This document shows positions 12,101-23,143 of a stretch of 64,000 nt of DNA, one piece after another. Both the position numbers and the translations under genes were made by a program. The notes beneath the pieces were generated by a model. It ran no database searches, was not told the DNA's origin, and saw only the letters and a list, made by a program, of their open reading frames with translations. The number at the start of each line of letters is the position of its first letter. Within the stretch, counting starts at the first letter, position 1. The stretch comes from Selaginella moellendorffii (lineage: Eukaryota; Plantae; Lycopodiophyta): positions 969,430-1,033,429 of the forward strand of contig NW_003314297.1 of assembly GCF_000143415.4 (NCBI RefSeq). The letters run 5' to 3'.

Positions 12101-13697
12101 AATATTGGCGATTTTCAGCGCTAAATGCACTATAAAATCAGCAGTGCACCAGTGACTCTAGTCCATCGCCAGTACCAAGAAAAAACACATACTCACCTGA
12201 TTTGGCAATCAAAGTAAGATGCAAAGTCAACTGCCGCAAGAAAGGACTCTTGAAAGCCACTGTCAGCGGTTATGGCCTCGAGGGTACGCTCCGCAAAAAG
12301 CTTAAGCTGTAACAGGAGAGTGTTAAAACGAAAAACGTCGATCATCTATTACCTCTTTCAATGAGTTCTTTGTCATCCGAAACAAAAGATTCGTTCCATA
12401 TGTATCAGGAAATAGAACTCGAGACTCGTCAACCTGTGGGTCACAAATAAAACATTGAGGAACGAACATAATCACTTTACCGTCAGAGCTGGTCTCCTTT
12501 CAGTCCCCTGAAGTTCTAGTCTGAAGCCTTTTCCCAACACATCATACTTCGCTGAGTAAGGGAAAAGTTATTACCAAGAGCATTGCAAGCACAAGGCAAG
12601 TCATTACCGATCATCTCTAAAGAAACGCGAAAATTTTGCAAGGCCGTCATGTGATTAGACAGCCGCTGACCACCGGCTACACTACTCAAATGGAGAATCA
12701 TGATCGATAGGAGGAATCCATTCATAGTATCCGGCTGACCATAAGAGCTCCTTTGCCGTAACCATACCTTCAAAAACATTAAAGAAACGTGAACTTGGGA
12801 GCTCAACAAGCAAAAACAACGCACCTTCAAAAGCATCACAGCCTCTTGCAACCTTCTAGAATGGCATAACAAGTTCTTTTCCACAGTGCTGAGTTCTTCT
12901 ACAAACATGTCCTCAAGGATGCTACCGTTATAGCTTGGTGTAGCCTGAAGCGGCTCTCCAGTCCCTTCATTATGCACATTACTTCTTCCATCGTCAAGTT
13001 TCGAGATATCAAAAACGTTGCTAGAGATCGTAGGTATCACACGAAGGTCAAACATTCCTGAGGCTGACTGATACAGTGTTAGAAAGCTACATCAACAAAG
13101 AAAAAGATCATTTACCTGTGTGAAGAACCAACACTGGCTTACGGGCATCATGGTGAAGAAATGCCCACTCGATGCTCTTAAAAAACCCACATTTGGAAAG
13201 GATCTTGAAAACGTACGCCAAGTAAAGAGCGCGCTTAGCATGGTAACGATGGTTAAGGTAGTCCTTCTCGTAGAAACAAGCCTGGGAAGGGAGAAGAAAA
13301 ACATTTCAGTCATAAAACAGCAAACACAAAAGCACAACCTTTGGAATACGCATCGCCAAATCCACGACAGTAGCAGGCCTTGCCATTGTTCGTGTTGAGT
13401 AGCTACCGACTAAAGTGAAAGATTCGGGTCTCTTAAACTCGAGCAAAGACCTGTCCTCAGGAACACCAAGGTCATCCAAGAATCCACTGGCGAGCGACCT
13501 TGGAACCTTCAAGAGAAAAAACAAATGTTTTGAAAATCACATTGGGTACAATGCGGTACCTTTTCCTCCGGGATTTTCATCAGAGCATCCTTGACAGCTT
13601 CGATCGCCGCATCCACTGCCGGCTCAAGATCGCCGTAATCGACACGGATCTCGGCGAGGAGCGCCTCGAGCTTGAGCTGCGCCAGCGCCGAATCCAT
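9184..13697 (-). CDS. NOL6: Nucleolar protein 6 / Nrap / UTP22 (many short introns)
   Basis: Exon peptides LVGSYS..ARPATVVDLAMRIPK, TPSYNGSILEDM, LLKVWLRQR, VDVGPSAD, FWGKKAELRRFKDGTIAE, LEGSGRWP, LAKRWIGAHL, TGFLRFL; last exon ends ...LGKGLVASIYLKVKEK*. Confidence 0.92.
10289..10361 (-). ncRNA. Intronic box C/D snoRNA
   Basis: Minus strand GGTTGC-T-ATGATGA (C)...CTGA (D')...ATGCGGTTAA-CTGA (D)-GCAACC: 6-bp terminal stem and canonical boxes, inside an unusually long 155-nt NOL6 intron. Confidence 0.8.
12035..12171 (-). ncRNA. Intronic box H/ACA snoRNA, SNORA3/snR11-like
   Basis: 137 nt, two hairpins (TGGCGAT...ATCGCCA; GCAG..ATTCA/TGAAT..CTGC), variant H box ATATTG, ACA-TCT tail. The 5' pocket GGACTAGAGTC / GCT is complementary to LSU rRNA AGC-UU-GACUCUAGUCC (rRNA recalled from memory). 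Lies in a 202-nt NOL6 intron. Confidence 0.75.
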
Positions 13698-13938
13698 TGG
13701 TGACTAAAGCCCTAACCCATAAACCCTAGCGCACATTCCGTCCCTATGCTAAACCCAGAGCATATGCCGTCAGAATATACGTTAGGTTTTTTAAATGTCG
13801 AGGAAGAACGCTTTTGCGTGAAGCGGCGGGCGATGCTGCGCTGAGAAAGAGGAGCCGAGGTTTGGCGTAAATGCTCTATCGATGTCTAGCTTGCGATCGA
13901 TCGCAATCTCTTCCTTTTCTTCTCCAGATCGATCATCC
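13698..13938. promoter_or_regulatory. Compact bidirectional promoter (NOL6 / AFG1-like) with telo-box-like motifs
   Basis: 241 bp between divergent ATGs; AAACCCTAG at 13721 and AAAGCCCTAA at 13706. Confidence 0.5.
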
Positions 13939-16447
13939 ATGGCGTTCTTGAGCATCGGCCACTTGCAGCGCTCGCCCAGGCCCTTGCTCACGCTGCTCAA
14001 TCGCTTCCTCCACGAGCTCCATGGCGCGGTCTCCTCCACGGCGCGCATTGAGGACATTCCAGTCGGCACTGCGCCGCTGGACGCCTACCATCAGCTCGTC
14101 AAGGCTGGGACGATTCGACACGACAATGGCCAGCTTGCAGCTCTCCAGCCTCTGGAGCGCTTGCATCGAGAGCTCCAAGGCTACGAGCCGGCGACCTCAG
14201 CTAATCTCACCTCCAAGTTCTTCAGTGCTTTTCGGCTCAAACCATCTCAAGAAGCGCCCAAAGGGTACCAATTTTTTTTCTTCTTCTTCTTCTTCTTTGT
14301 GTTTTTCTTGTCTTTTGTCTTTGAACTTGCAATGGTGTGTTTGCAGGGTGTATATCTATGGAGGAGTCGGCACTGGAAAATCTCTCGTTCAAGATATCTT
14401 CTTTCACTGTAGTCCTGTGAGAAGTAAGAGACGAGTTCACTTTCACCAGTTCATGCTCGACGTCCACAAGAGGTACTTCAACATACATTGTTTTTCTTGA
14501 AGAAGAAAAGAACAAATTCTCTACTCTTGTGTGTGTAGATTGCATGAGAAGCGCTTGCAAGGACAAGGGAAATCAGGCGACTTGATCGAATTAGTAGCTC
14601 GGGACTTGTTGGCGGCTGGTTGGCTGCTTTGCTTTGACGAGTTTCAAGTGCGTGAGCTTTCTCGGTGACGTTTGTTTTAAAGGGATCCTGATCTCGCTTC
14701 ATTTTTTGTCAGGTGTGTACTGTAATTGATTGATTTTTCCAGTAGGAGTGGTCTCTCATTTGTCCCTCACCACGTAAATAAGTTTTCTGTAAGAACCAAA
14801 GCTGCTTGGTCTGCGTGCTCTGGTTGTCCTTTCAAAATACTTTTGTTTCTAACTATTAACGCTCCTGTTCTCTTCTTGCAGGTCATAGATATCGCTGACG
14901 CTATGATACTGAGAAGGCTCTTGGAGAACCTTTTTCGATCAGGGGCAGTGATGGTAGCATCCTCGAATCGTGCACCTTCTGAAGTAAGGACTGAAAATTT
15001 CTTCTTTACGTACTTACTTGCATATACAGCTCTACAAAAATGGTTTGCAAAGAGACCTCTTTCTACCTTGCATAGAGCTTATTAAGAGCCGCTGCGAGGT
15101 CCATGTTTTTCGTCCTAACTCTCCAGACTATCGTCTAATAGGTGCACGTCCCGATGGCTCCAGGTATTCTTTCTTTAGTTGCAATTTCTGCCTGCCTTTT
15201 CTAATCTACGTGGTTTTTGGTAGTTCACTGTCTGTCGTATGGCACATGCCTTTGAACGAAGAGACCTCTAAAGCCCTGGAGCGCTCTTTTCTCGAGCTTG
15301 CAGGTGATAGACCGATTTTTACAACTGTTTTGAAGGAGAGTAACAGGGCCATCTTTGGTATGTATCCAAGCAGCTGACGCAAACCTTGCAGCTAACGATC
15401 GTGACTCGTGCAGTACCAAGGGCCGCTGGTGGAATTGCATACTTCACCTTCTATGAACTTTGTGGAACTTTCAAAGGAGCAGCCGACTACATCGCCATAG
15501 CTGCGTCCTTCCATACCGTGTTTATCGCCGGCATTCCTAGAATGACACGCTCTCATGCTGAAATGGTAAACAACTTTCTCGCCACTCGTTTTCTGACCGA
15601 CGCGTGTGCGCGTTACAGGCAAGGAGATTCATCACGCTTGTTGATGTATTTTACGAGCATGTAAGTTTGACTCTCAGCGGGTTGTTTGTTTATCTCACAG
15701 GAATCTCTTTTGCAGAAAGTTAAACTAATCGTTAGCGCGGACGCACAGCCTGGAGATCTATACCTCCCAAGGTTAGTATTTCTATGAAAAACATTGAAAA
15801 CCACGACTCATTGTCTTTGCAGACTAGAGGACGACCAGCCAGTTGCTGGAGTCGTGAAGCCGAGAGAAGAAAAGGGCGGAACGACCGCATACGAAGAAAA
15901 AGACGAGGAATTTGCGTTTGCCAGGACCGTGTCGCGCCTCAACCACATGCAGTCCGTGGATTATCTGTCCGCGTCTTGGGCAGCACCAGGCAAAGCATTT
16001 ATATGTCATTTGCAGAGCACTAAATTGCAAGAGGGTGACTTGCGAAGGTCGGTTGTTTGTCCCTTCCCTTTTCTTTTCTCTTTTCTTCACAGTCTTCCTG
16101 CTGCACAGGATCTGGGACCGCTACAACATAAACAAAGACACCAAGCTCAGCCGCGACGAGTTGCTTCTGATGATGGAGGATCTCACAGACATCAAGTGCG
16201 GCCATCGAAACGTCCCCGAGGTATGCTCAAAGTTTACTCCAAATCTCTCAAAAGTTTACTCAAATCTCTCATGTGCCTGTTTGCTTTGCTCCATGATAAG
16301 CAAAACTTAGTTTTCTCGTTGGATTTATGACAGGAACTCTTGGAAGACATGTATAAGAAGCTCGACGCCAACGGCGACGGGGACGTGGTGTGGGAAGAAT
16401 TCCGGAATTACTTCCTCGAGTACGGCCTTGAGACTGAGTGCGTGTGA
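13939..16447 (+). CDS. AFG1/LACE1/ZapE-family AAA+ ATPase with a C-terminal EF-hand pair
   Basis: GVYIYGGVGTGKS (Walker A), RVHFHQFMLDVH, LLCFDEFQVIDIADAMILRRL (Walker B), SNRAP, LYKNGLQRDLF, GAADY, FAFARTVSRL; then NINKDTKLSRDE and DANGDGDVVWEE loops, stop at 16445-16447. Confidence 0.9.
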
Positions 16448-16458
16448 TTTATCGTTTT

Positions 16459-16541
16459 TGGTCCGTTGGATTAAACACGATCCAGCGGTTGAGAGTTTAT
16501 GTTCTGGTCCGTCGGATTTTAATACGATCTAGCGGTTGAGA
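16459..16541 (+). repeat. Two-copy ~36-bp direct repeat between the AFG1-like gene and VTC1
   Basis: TGGTCCGTTGGATT-AAACACGATCCAGCGGTTGAGA / TGGTCCGTCGGATTTTAATACGATCTAGCGGTTGAGA. Confidence 0.8.
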
Positions 16542-16720
16542 TTGGTAGTAACTTCTTAAACAATGACCTAATTATCGCCCAGTACCTTTACGGCGCTCAA
16601 CCTTTTTGGTGGGGGTTATTTAAAGAGGGCCATGGAATTAGGATTTTGCTAGAGCAAGGGCGCGAAGAACTTCTTGTCCCTAGAGGCCTAGGTTTCGCTG
16701 CGAGGAGGAAGAAGGAAGAG

Positions 16721-18007
16721 ATGAAGGCGCTGATTCTTGTCGGAGGATTTGGCACCCGGCTGAGGCCGCTCACGCTCAGCCTGCCCAAGCCGCTGGTAGA
16801 TTTCGCCAACAAGCCGATGATCTTCCACCAGGTGCGTTGAAATTTCAATCTAGGGGCTAGATCCAGCTCTCCCGCTGCCAGATCTCACTCTTGTGTGTTG
16901 TAGATCGAGGCGCTCAAGGCTGTGGGAGTCACGGAGGTAGTTCTGGCGATCAGTTACCAGCCAGAGGTAAGATTTGTCAAGGGAATTTGTAGGAAAAGGC
17001 TCACTCTCTTTGTTCCTGTAGGTGATGCTTAGCTTCCTAAAGGATTTCGAGGCGAAGCTGGGCGTGAAGATCACTTGCTCGCAGGAGCGAGAGCCGATGG
17101 GGACTGCGGGGCCTCTGGCTCTTGCTCGCGACAAGCTACTCGACGGCTCTGGGGAGCCATTCTTCGTCCTCAACAGTGATGTTATCTGCGAGTACCCGCT
17201 GGAGCAAATGATAGCTTTCCACAAGCAGCACAAAGGAGAGGCCTCGATCATGGTCACACAGGTAAGCTTCGCTTCCTCCTTTTCGTTGTTCCTTTTTTCC
17301 CTTTGCTCCAGATCTAACAGAGAATCTCTGTGAAGGTTGACGAGCCATCCAAGTATGGAGTCGTGGTGCTGGACGAAGACACTGGCCTGGTTCACAGATT
17401 CGTGGAGAAGCCACAAACGTTTGTCGGAAACAAGATCAACGCCGGGGTCTATCTCCTCAACCCGAGCGTCCTGGACCGGATCGAGCTGCGGCCAACGTCG
17501 ATCGAGAAGGAGGTCTTCCCAGGCATCGCTCAGGAGAAGCAGCTCTTTGCGATGGTCCTGCCGGGATTCTGGATGGACATTGGACAGCCCAAGGACTACA
17601 TCACAGGCCTGCAGCTCTACCTCGAGTCCCTGAGGAAGAAATCTCCAGAGAAACTCGCGAGCGGCTCCAACGTCGTCGACAACGTGATCATCGACGAGAG
17701 TGCCAGCATCGGACAAGGCTGTCTCTTGGGGCCGGACGTTTCGATCGGGCAGGGGTGCGTGATCGAGGATGGAGTGCGGCTCAAGCACTGCACGGTGATG
17801 AGGGGGGTCCGGATCAAGAAGCACGCGTGCGTTTCGTGGAGTATCATCGGCTGGCACTCCACAGTCGGGCAATGGGCTCGTGTGGAGAACATGACGGTCC
17901 TTGGCGAGGACGTGCATGTGTCGGACGAGATTTATAGCAATGGTGGTGTGGTTCTTCCACACAAGGAGATCAAGGCCAACATCATGAAGCCAGAGATTGT
18001 CATGTAA
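16721..18007 (+). CDS. VTC1: GDP-mannose pyrophosphorylase (mannose-1-phosphate guanylyltransferase), 4 exons
   Basis: [64 protein letters not shown]-terminus [16 protein letters not shown]. Confidence 0.97.
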
Positions 18008-18364
18008 AGATTCGATTTGTATTCTATCAAAAAGGATCTGTCGCTTCTACGTTGATGTTTATACATTTCTTGTTGAGCAAGAGCTTGTGGAGATGACGTG
18101 CTTGTTAATGTATGCTTTTAAGTTCTCAGGCTTTTATTCAAGCAAAAAATTCTTATATAAATTCCGTGGAGCTATCGATCAATGGTGGCTGCAAGGGAGA
18201 AAATAAATAGAGCCATGAAAGAATGGATAAACGAAGAACAAAACTAAAGAAATAAAACTAAAGCGAACCACAACACTAACGAAACAACAAAGAACAGAAG
18301 TAAAGAAACACTGCATTGGAACCAGAAGAACAGGAAAATGGCTGAGCTTACCAGTGAGTGAGCA

Positions 18365-20425
18365 TTATAAGTTGTTAAGATCTTCCTTGGACAAAGTTCT
18401 CCGACTCTGCAGCCGCGAGCCGACCTTGAGCTGCATCATTGCGCTGGCGAGATGCTGTGCTCGGCCCAGTCCAGGACCCGCCGGTGGCAATCTCAGCGCA
18501 TCACCCTCCAAGAGCAGCGGCGAGGATGCACGAGGATCCTCGAAGATGTTCTTGGACGGCGTCGGAGCGGGACTTTGCGGCGACTTCACTCCTGCACGGG
18601 TTTCGCTCACAAAATCAGAAGGAAAGCAAACGAGACATGAAAGAAACAGAAGGAAGCTTTTCTTACCACGCCGCACGAAGTTGAGTGGCCACCGCGACAC
18701 TCCTCGCGAGCCTCCTCCATTCGCAGCACCCGGCTTTGAATCAAACGGAAGAATGCTCGAGTACGACGCCTGCCTTCCACACCAGTGAAGTAGCACAACG
18801 AGAACCGCGGCCGCCGAAAAAAGCAGCAGCGTTGGCAGCAAGAAGGACGGGCTATAAAACCACCACCTCTGCCTCCTGTGTGAGCGTGAGCTCTTCTCCA
18901 GCACTCCGGCCTCGAGCAGAGCAGCGCCTTGTGTCCAAGTCACGTCCCCTGGCCCGACTGTTACTTGCTCGTCCCTCAAGTGAAGGCCCTCTCTAAGCAG
19001 CGCCACCACGTAAGGTGCTCGGAAGCAGTAGCGGTCGATAAATCCCTGTGGATCGACGCTGTCCCTGGCAACCGGCCACGGCTTCCCACAAAACTCCTGT
19101 CCTTTGCTCAAGAGATCGTCCAGCGACGCCTTGGAGGACAGGCCGAAAAACTTGTACATGACAAAAAACCCAGCCACCGCGTAAAACTGTCCGATCGGCC
19201 GTGGCTGATACTTCCCCAGCGCGCAGTTACTCTGCTCGCAATCTACTGACCGCGTAGTAAATCTCGACGAGTTGATGACGGAGCGAGCGAGCGCCTGGCA
19301 TTTTCCCCAGTGAGGCTCTCCAACTAAAACTATAGGAACGCCACCTTCGCCTGCTCCCCGGTTAGTGGACGGAGGAGCCACGCAGTACGACGAGCAGGAG
19401 TAAGACTGCTGGTACTCGGAGTGCAAACACGGATGCCTCACTTCCAAAGTCCCGTTTCTCACGTTCGAGTTGTGCATGAGGAGCGCCACGGACTTGTCGA
19501 AGGCATCGTTGAGGCCGAAACCAGAGTGGGAGTACGCATACACCCGATGCTCCTCCTGACCAAAGCTGAGATTCACACCGTAGTCTGGCCGTATCGGCTC
19601 GCCCGGCTCGAAAGTAACCTCCAGGGACGAACCTCCCAGATCCAGAGAACCAACAGTCCCCAGCGTCATCTTCGTCTCGTCCTGTCCCAGCCTCTCGAGG
19701 ATATAGTTCAACGCCACCCATCCATAGTAGGCCTCCTCCACCCCGTTGATGATCCTCAGCCAGCTCCGCCTACACTTGAACGGCGACTTCTCGATGATTC
19801 CCCACGCCTTGTCCAGCAGCCACTCCGAGTCTACAGTCGCCAGCTTCCGCAAGCCCGCCGTTCCCAGGAGAAGCAGCGGCGTCTCCCCGTGCAAGCGAGC
19901 CGGGATCTGCTGCTTGGCCCAGTCGAGCAGCGGCTGGACAGCAGCGCCGAGGCCACTCTCGTTGTGCAGCAGCTGGTGGAAGCCAGGCTCCGTTTCCATC
20001 CGGTGGTAAGCCTTCTTCACTCTCGCATTGTCGCTGCTGTGAGAAGGTGGCCGATACATAACCGGGATAGATCCTCCGTTGTGAACCCATCCATAGACGT
20101 AAACTCTCGTGCTGGTGCTGCCACAGTCCATCACAATCGCGAACTTGATCGGCTCCTCCTGGCTCCACAGACTCCTCCCCCAGAGAAATCCCAGGAACAA
20201 GAGCAGCAGCACCAGCGAGAGCACCAAAAGCCCAGCAGCAACTCGCCATCTGACCGGTCTATGGTACACTGGAAGGCTGAAACCCAAGCTCTTGGACGCT
20301 GTTCCACGGGGATCCTCTTGGAAACAGTCTAGCGAAGACGCGGCCTCGAGATCCGCTGGTGCCGAGATCGTTCGGAGGTCCTGGAGCGAGAGCGAGAGTG
20401 GGAAGCGCCGCAGTTTCCCCTCCAT
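18365..20425 (-). CDS. GDA1/CD39 apyrase, APY7-like, two TM segments
   Basis: ACR motifs DCGSTSTR, TAGLR, GVEEAYYGWVALNY, DLGGSSLEV, TWTQGAAL; probable intron 18592-18666. Confidence 0.93.
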   Translation of the reverse strand: MEGKLRRFPLSLSLQDLRTISAPADLEAASSLDCFQEDPRGTASKSLGFSLPVYHRPVRWRVAAGLLVLSLVLLLLFLGFLWGRSLWSQEEPIKFAIVMDCGSTSTRVYVYGWVHNGGSIPVMYRPPSHSSDNARVKKAYHRMETEPGFHQLLHNESGLGAAVQPLLDWAKQQIPARLHGETPLLLLGTAGLRKLATVDSEWLLDKAWGIIEKSPFKCRRSWLRIINGVEEAYYGWVALNYILERLGQDETKMTLGTVGSLDLGGSSLEVTFEPGEPIRPDYGVNLSFGQEEHRVYAYSHSGFGLNDAFDKSVALLMHNSNVRNGTLEVRHPCLHSEYQQSYSCSSYCVAPPSTNRGAGEGGVPIVLVGEPHWGKCQALARSVINSSRFTTRSVDCEQSNCALGKYQPRPIGQFYAVAGFFVMYKFFGLSSKASLDDLLSKGQEFCGKPWPVARDSVDPQGFIDRYCFRAPYVVALLREGLHLRDEQVTVGPGDVTWTQGAALLEAGVLEKSSRSHRRQRWWFYSPSFLLPTLLLFSAAAVLVVLLHWCGRQASYSSILPFDSKPGAANGGGSRGVSRWPLNFVRRGKKSFLLFLSCLVCFPSDFVSETRAGVKSPQSPAPTPSKNIFEDPRASSPLLLEGDALRLPPAGPGLGRAQHLASAMMQLKVGSRLQSRRTLSKEDLNNL

Positions 20426-20885
20426 CTTTCCAGATATCCAGTCTCACGGAAGGCATACGAAAAGGTCCAAATTCGCAATGTACATGCCCGCTATCCCTGT
20501 GCCCCCTCTTGATGATCCTACCTACATCCAAACCTCTTCCAGGCCAGGACAGGCGATCGCGGCGGCGGCGATCAATGCTGCTGCTCGGCGGGCGACGCCG
20601 GATTCGATCGACGTAGGGCTTGCGATCGCTTGCCACGCACGTACCTGTGGTAGCCGAGAGCGCGCGAGGCCGCTCGCTCCCCCCTCGCGCCCTAGGCTAG
20701 GGCTTGAAGCCTTCCAGCTCCCGCGTGCCCGGGGCTCGCTCCAACGCTTGGAACGCGCAAATGGAGAGTGGAGAAGAAATTAGACAATGCCACGTGTACG
20801 TGTCGGATTCGTGATGGTAAGAAGAGCCCTTTATTTTATCACTATTAGTTAGAACTAAAGTAAAGGTGGACAAACTTTGCGCAAT

Positions 20886-22330
20886 CTCTAGAGAAAACGA
20901 GCATCAACTTCAATAACTTTAGAAAATACATACCAGCCCAGGAAGCCGGTCGATCAGTAGATTGATGGATCGATGGAAGGGATAAATAGATAGCTTGGAG
21001 CTTGGCTCAGCCTCCAAAGCATTCCTGCCCAGAGCTCACATTGTTGTGGCTGCTGCTTTCACTCTCCTCTAGCTCCAGATGAACATGTTTAGGCAAGTGA
21101 AATATGTTGCTCTTGTATTGGCTGCCCTGGAGTAGGGTGCAACATACTTAGCGCAAATAGCGTTTGGGGGCAGCATAATGATCCTGCTGGGGGGTTATGT
21201 CTCTCAGCTCAAGGTCATTGCTTCCAGAAGGTCTGGAGCTAGAGGTCATGCTGGGCTTGAGCTGAGAAACATAACCCCTCATCAGGACCACTGTGGCATT
21301 TACAAAGGCTATTTGCGGCAACCTTAGTCCAGAGCAACAAATACAAGAGCAACATATTCACTTGCCTAAACAGACTCACATGTGTTGGATGACCAAGGAG
21401 GGGTTGGGAACAGTCACGAAGTACGTCGACATAGCCTTGCAGAAGCGCTTCTTGTACTGCTTGGGAGAGATATCAGTCGGTGGCCCTCCAAAGGCATTGA
21501 ACCACGTCTCCAGATGTTTGTCCCATGTGTATTGCTTCATAAAGTCAATGATCCCGAAGACAAGCTCATCTCGTTCTTCATCAATCCCAACGAGTAGCGA
21601 GTAGTCCATGACATTTACGCTCTACAAAACCAGTATAGAGAACTGGACGCGTGAAAAGAGAGAGAAAACAACAAAACAGCACTGCTTACCGCAAAGGAAT
21701 GAGGTGTCGTTCCATACCGTTCGCTCCAAAAGCTCTTGGCTTTGTTCTCGAAAGAAATGGGTGATTCCAACAGGTCCTGTTTTGGATTCTGAGTTGGAAC
21801 GAGAGCGCACTAAGCCTTTCAAATCATATGGCCGAGTAGCGTGTCTGCCATAGAGCAGATTCTTCATGACCATCAAATCCATGCGTCCCTCCTTGCCTCC
21901 CTTTATGATCACCTAGCGTCGAAAGCAACAATGAAACCAGAAATGAGCTTTCCTGGTGAATGACCAAACCTTTACCTCATACATCCCGAGAATCTTAGCC
22001 AGACAGGTCGGGCTGCCAGAGTCTAGAGAATCGAAGAAGTACTCCGGTGCAAACTCCAGGAAAGAGAGAAGCTCCGTCCTCGTCACTTGCTTCACGATGA
22101 ATCTGTCGTCCATCGGCTTGGCAAAAAAGACGACGTTCTTTCCACCCTGTGCTTCCGATTTACGGCACCCAAAGCTTACCAGCGCAGCATTTCTTCCACA
22201 GCGCATCGAAATGCCTGACCCTTGCTGCTATAAAGGATCTTCAACCTTCCCATCTGAAGAAGCGTCTTTGGAACTCTCCTTGGTGAGGACGCCTCCTTAG
22301 ATACTCTCTGTACGTTCCTTTTCTCTCCAC
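20886..22330 (-). pseudogene. Decayed tandem duplicate of the FAB1 3' end
   Basis: Collinear with about 23040-24400 including introns and 3' UTR; [36 protein letters not shown]; internal deletions, frameshifts and an insertion. Confidence 0.92.
21086..21372. mobile_element. 287-bp foldback (MITE-like) insertion
   Basis: Nested inverted arms: TGTTTAGGCAAGTGAA(A)TATGTTGCTCTTGTATT.. at both ends, CGCAAATAGC.TTTG, and a 35-bp inner stem 21179-21213 / 21256-21290; absent from the parental FAB1 sequence. Confidence 0.8.
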
Positions 22331-23143
22331 TGAGCACAAAAGTGCAATTAAAACTATTAAGTTTTGCCATGTGGGTGTTAAAGGTGTTTCAATTTCATAG
22401 TTCATTTTCATTTTTGAACAAGAAGCATATTCCAACGTGGACAGCTGCTCTTCCCTCCGTGCAGGGTGTTTTCCGAACCACCCCTTCGTTACTGCACTTT
22501 TTGCATAGATGAATGTGATTGTGATTGTGATGATCTCATTCAACGAGTTTGATGCTGCAAGTTCGTCGAATGTACTTTTTCAACAATTTCAAAGAGCGAA
22601 GAACAGGTCTTACAAATTTTCGCAGGCAGCACAGTTCCACTTGTTACTCGTGAGAAATCTCAAGTGGCGGAAGTTGGGAAACAACAGCAGCATATGGCAT
22701 GCGAATCCATATCCGAGGAACAAGGACTTTGTAGATTATGAAGACTCTGAATTGAAAACGAAAACATCATTTCAGAAGAGGACCATGAACTGGCACAGGG
22801 TTTGGTTGATCTCAAGATTTCCTGCCGGTAGAGACCTTCTAAACTCGCCTTATCGAAACGGAAGAAATAAAGGAAGAAATAAAGGAAGATGACAATTCAC
22901 TCTATACAATATGCCGAGTAATGAATGAATACACCGACGACGGGGAAATGGCTCCCCAGCGAACTGGACAAAACTTTTTCTTACTTCTCATGCTTTTTAA
23001 TCTGCTACGACGAAACCTTAACGCAAACTTCGCGGACAATCTCTGGAGAAAACGAGCATCAACTTCAAGAACTTTAGAAATACGTACCATTCCAGGAAGC
23101 CGGTCGATCGGTAGATCGATGGATGGATAGCCCGGAGCTCCGC

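Noticed and set aside
16850-20783. Long antisense ORFs over VTC1 and the apyrase (similarly over FAB1, GT47 and NEK6)
   Set aside because: Shadow frames of GC-rich coding sequence without domain motifs.
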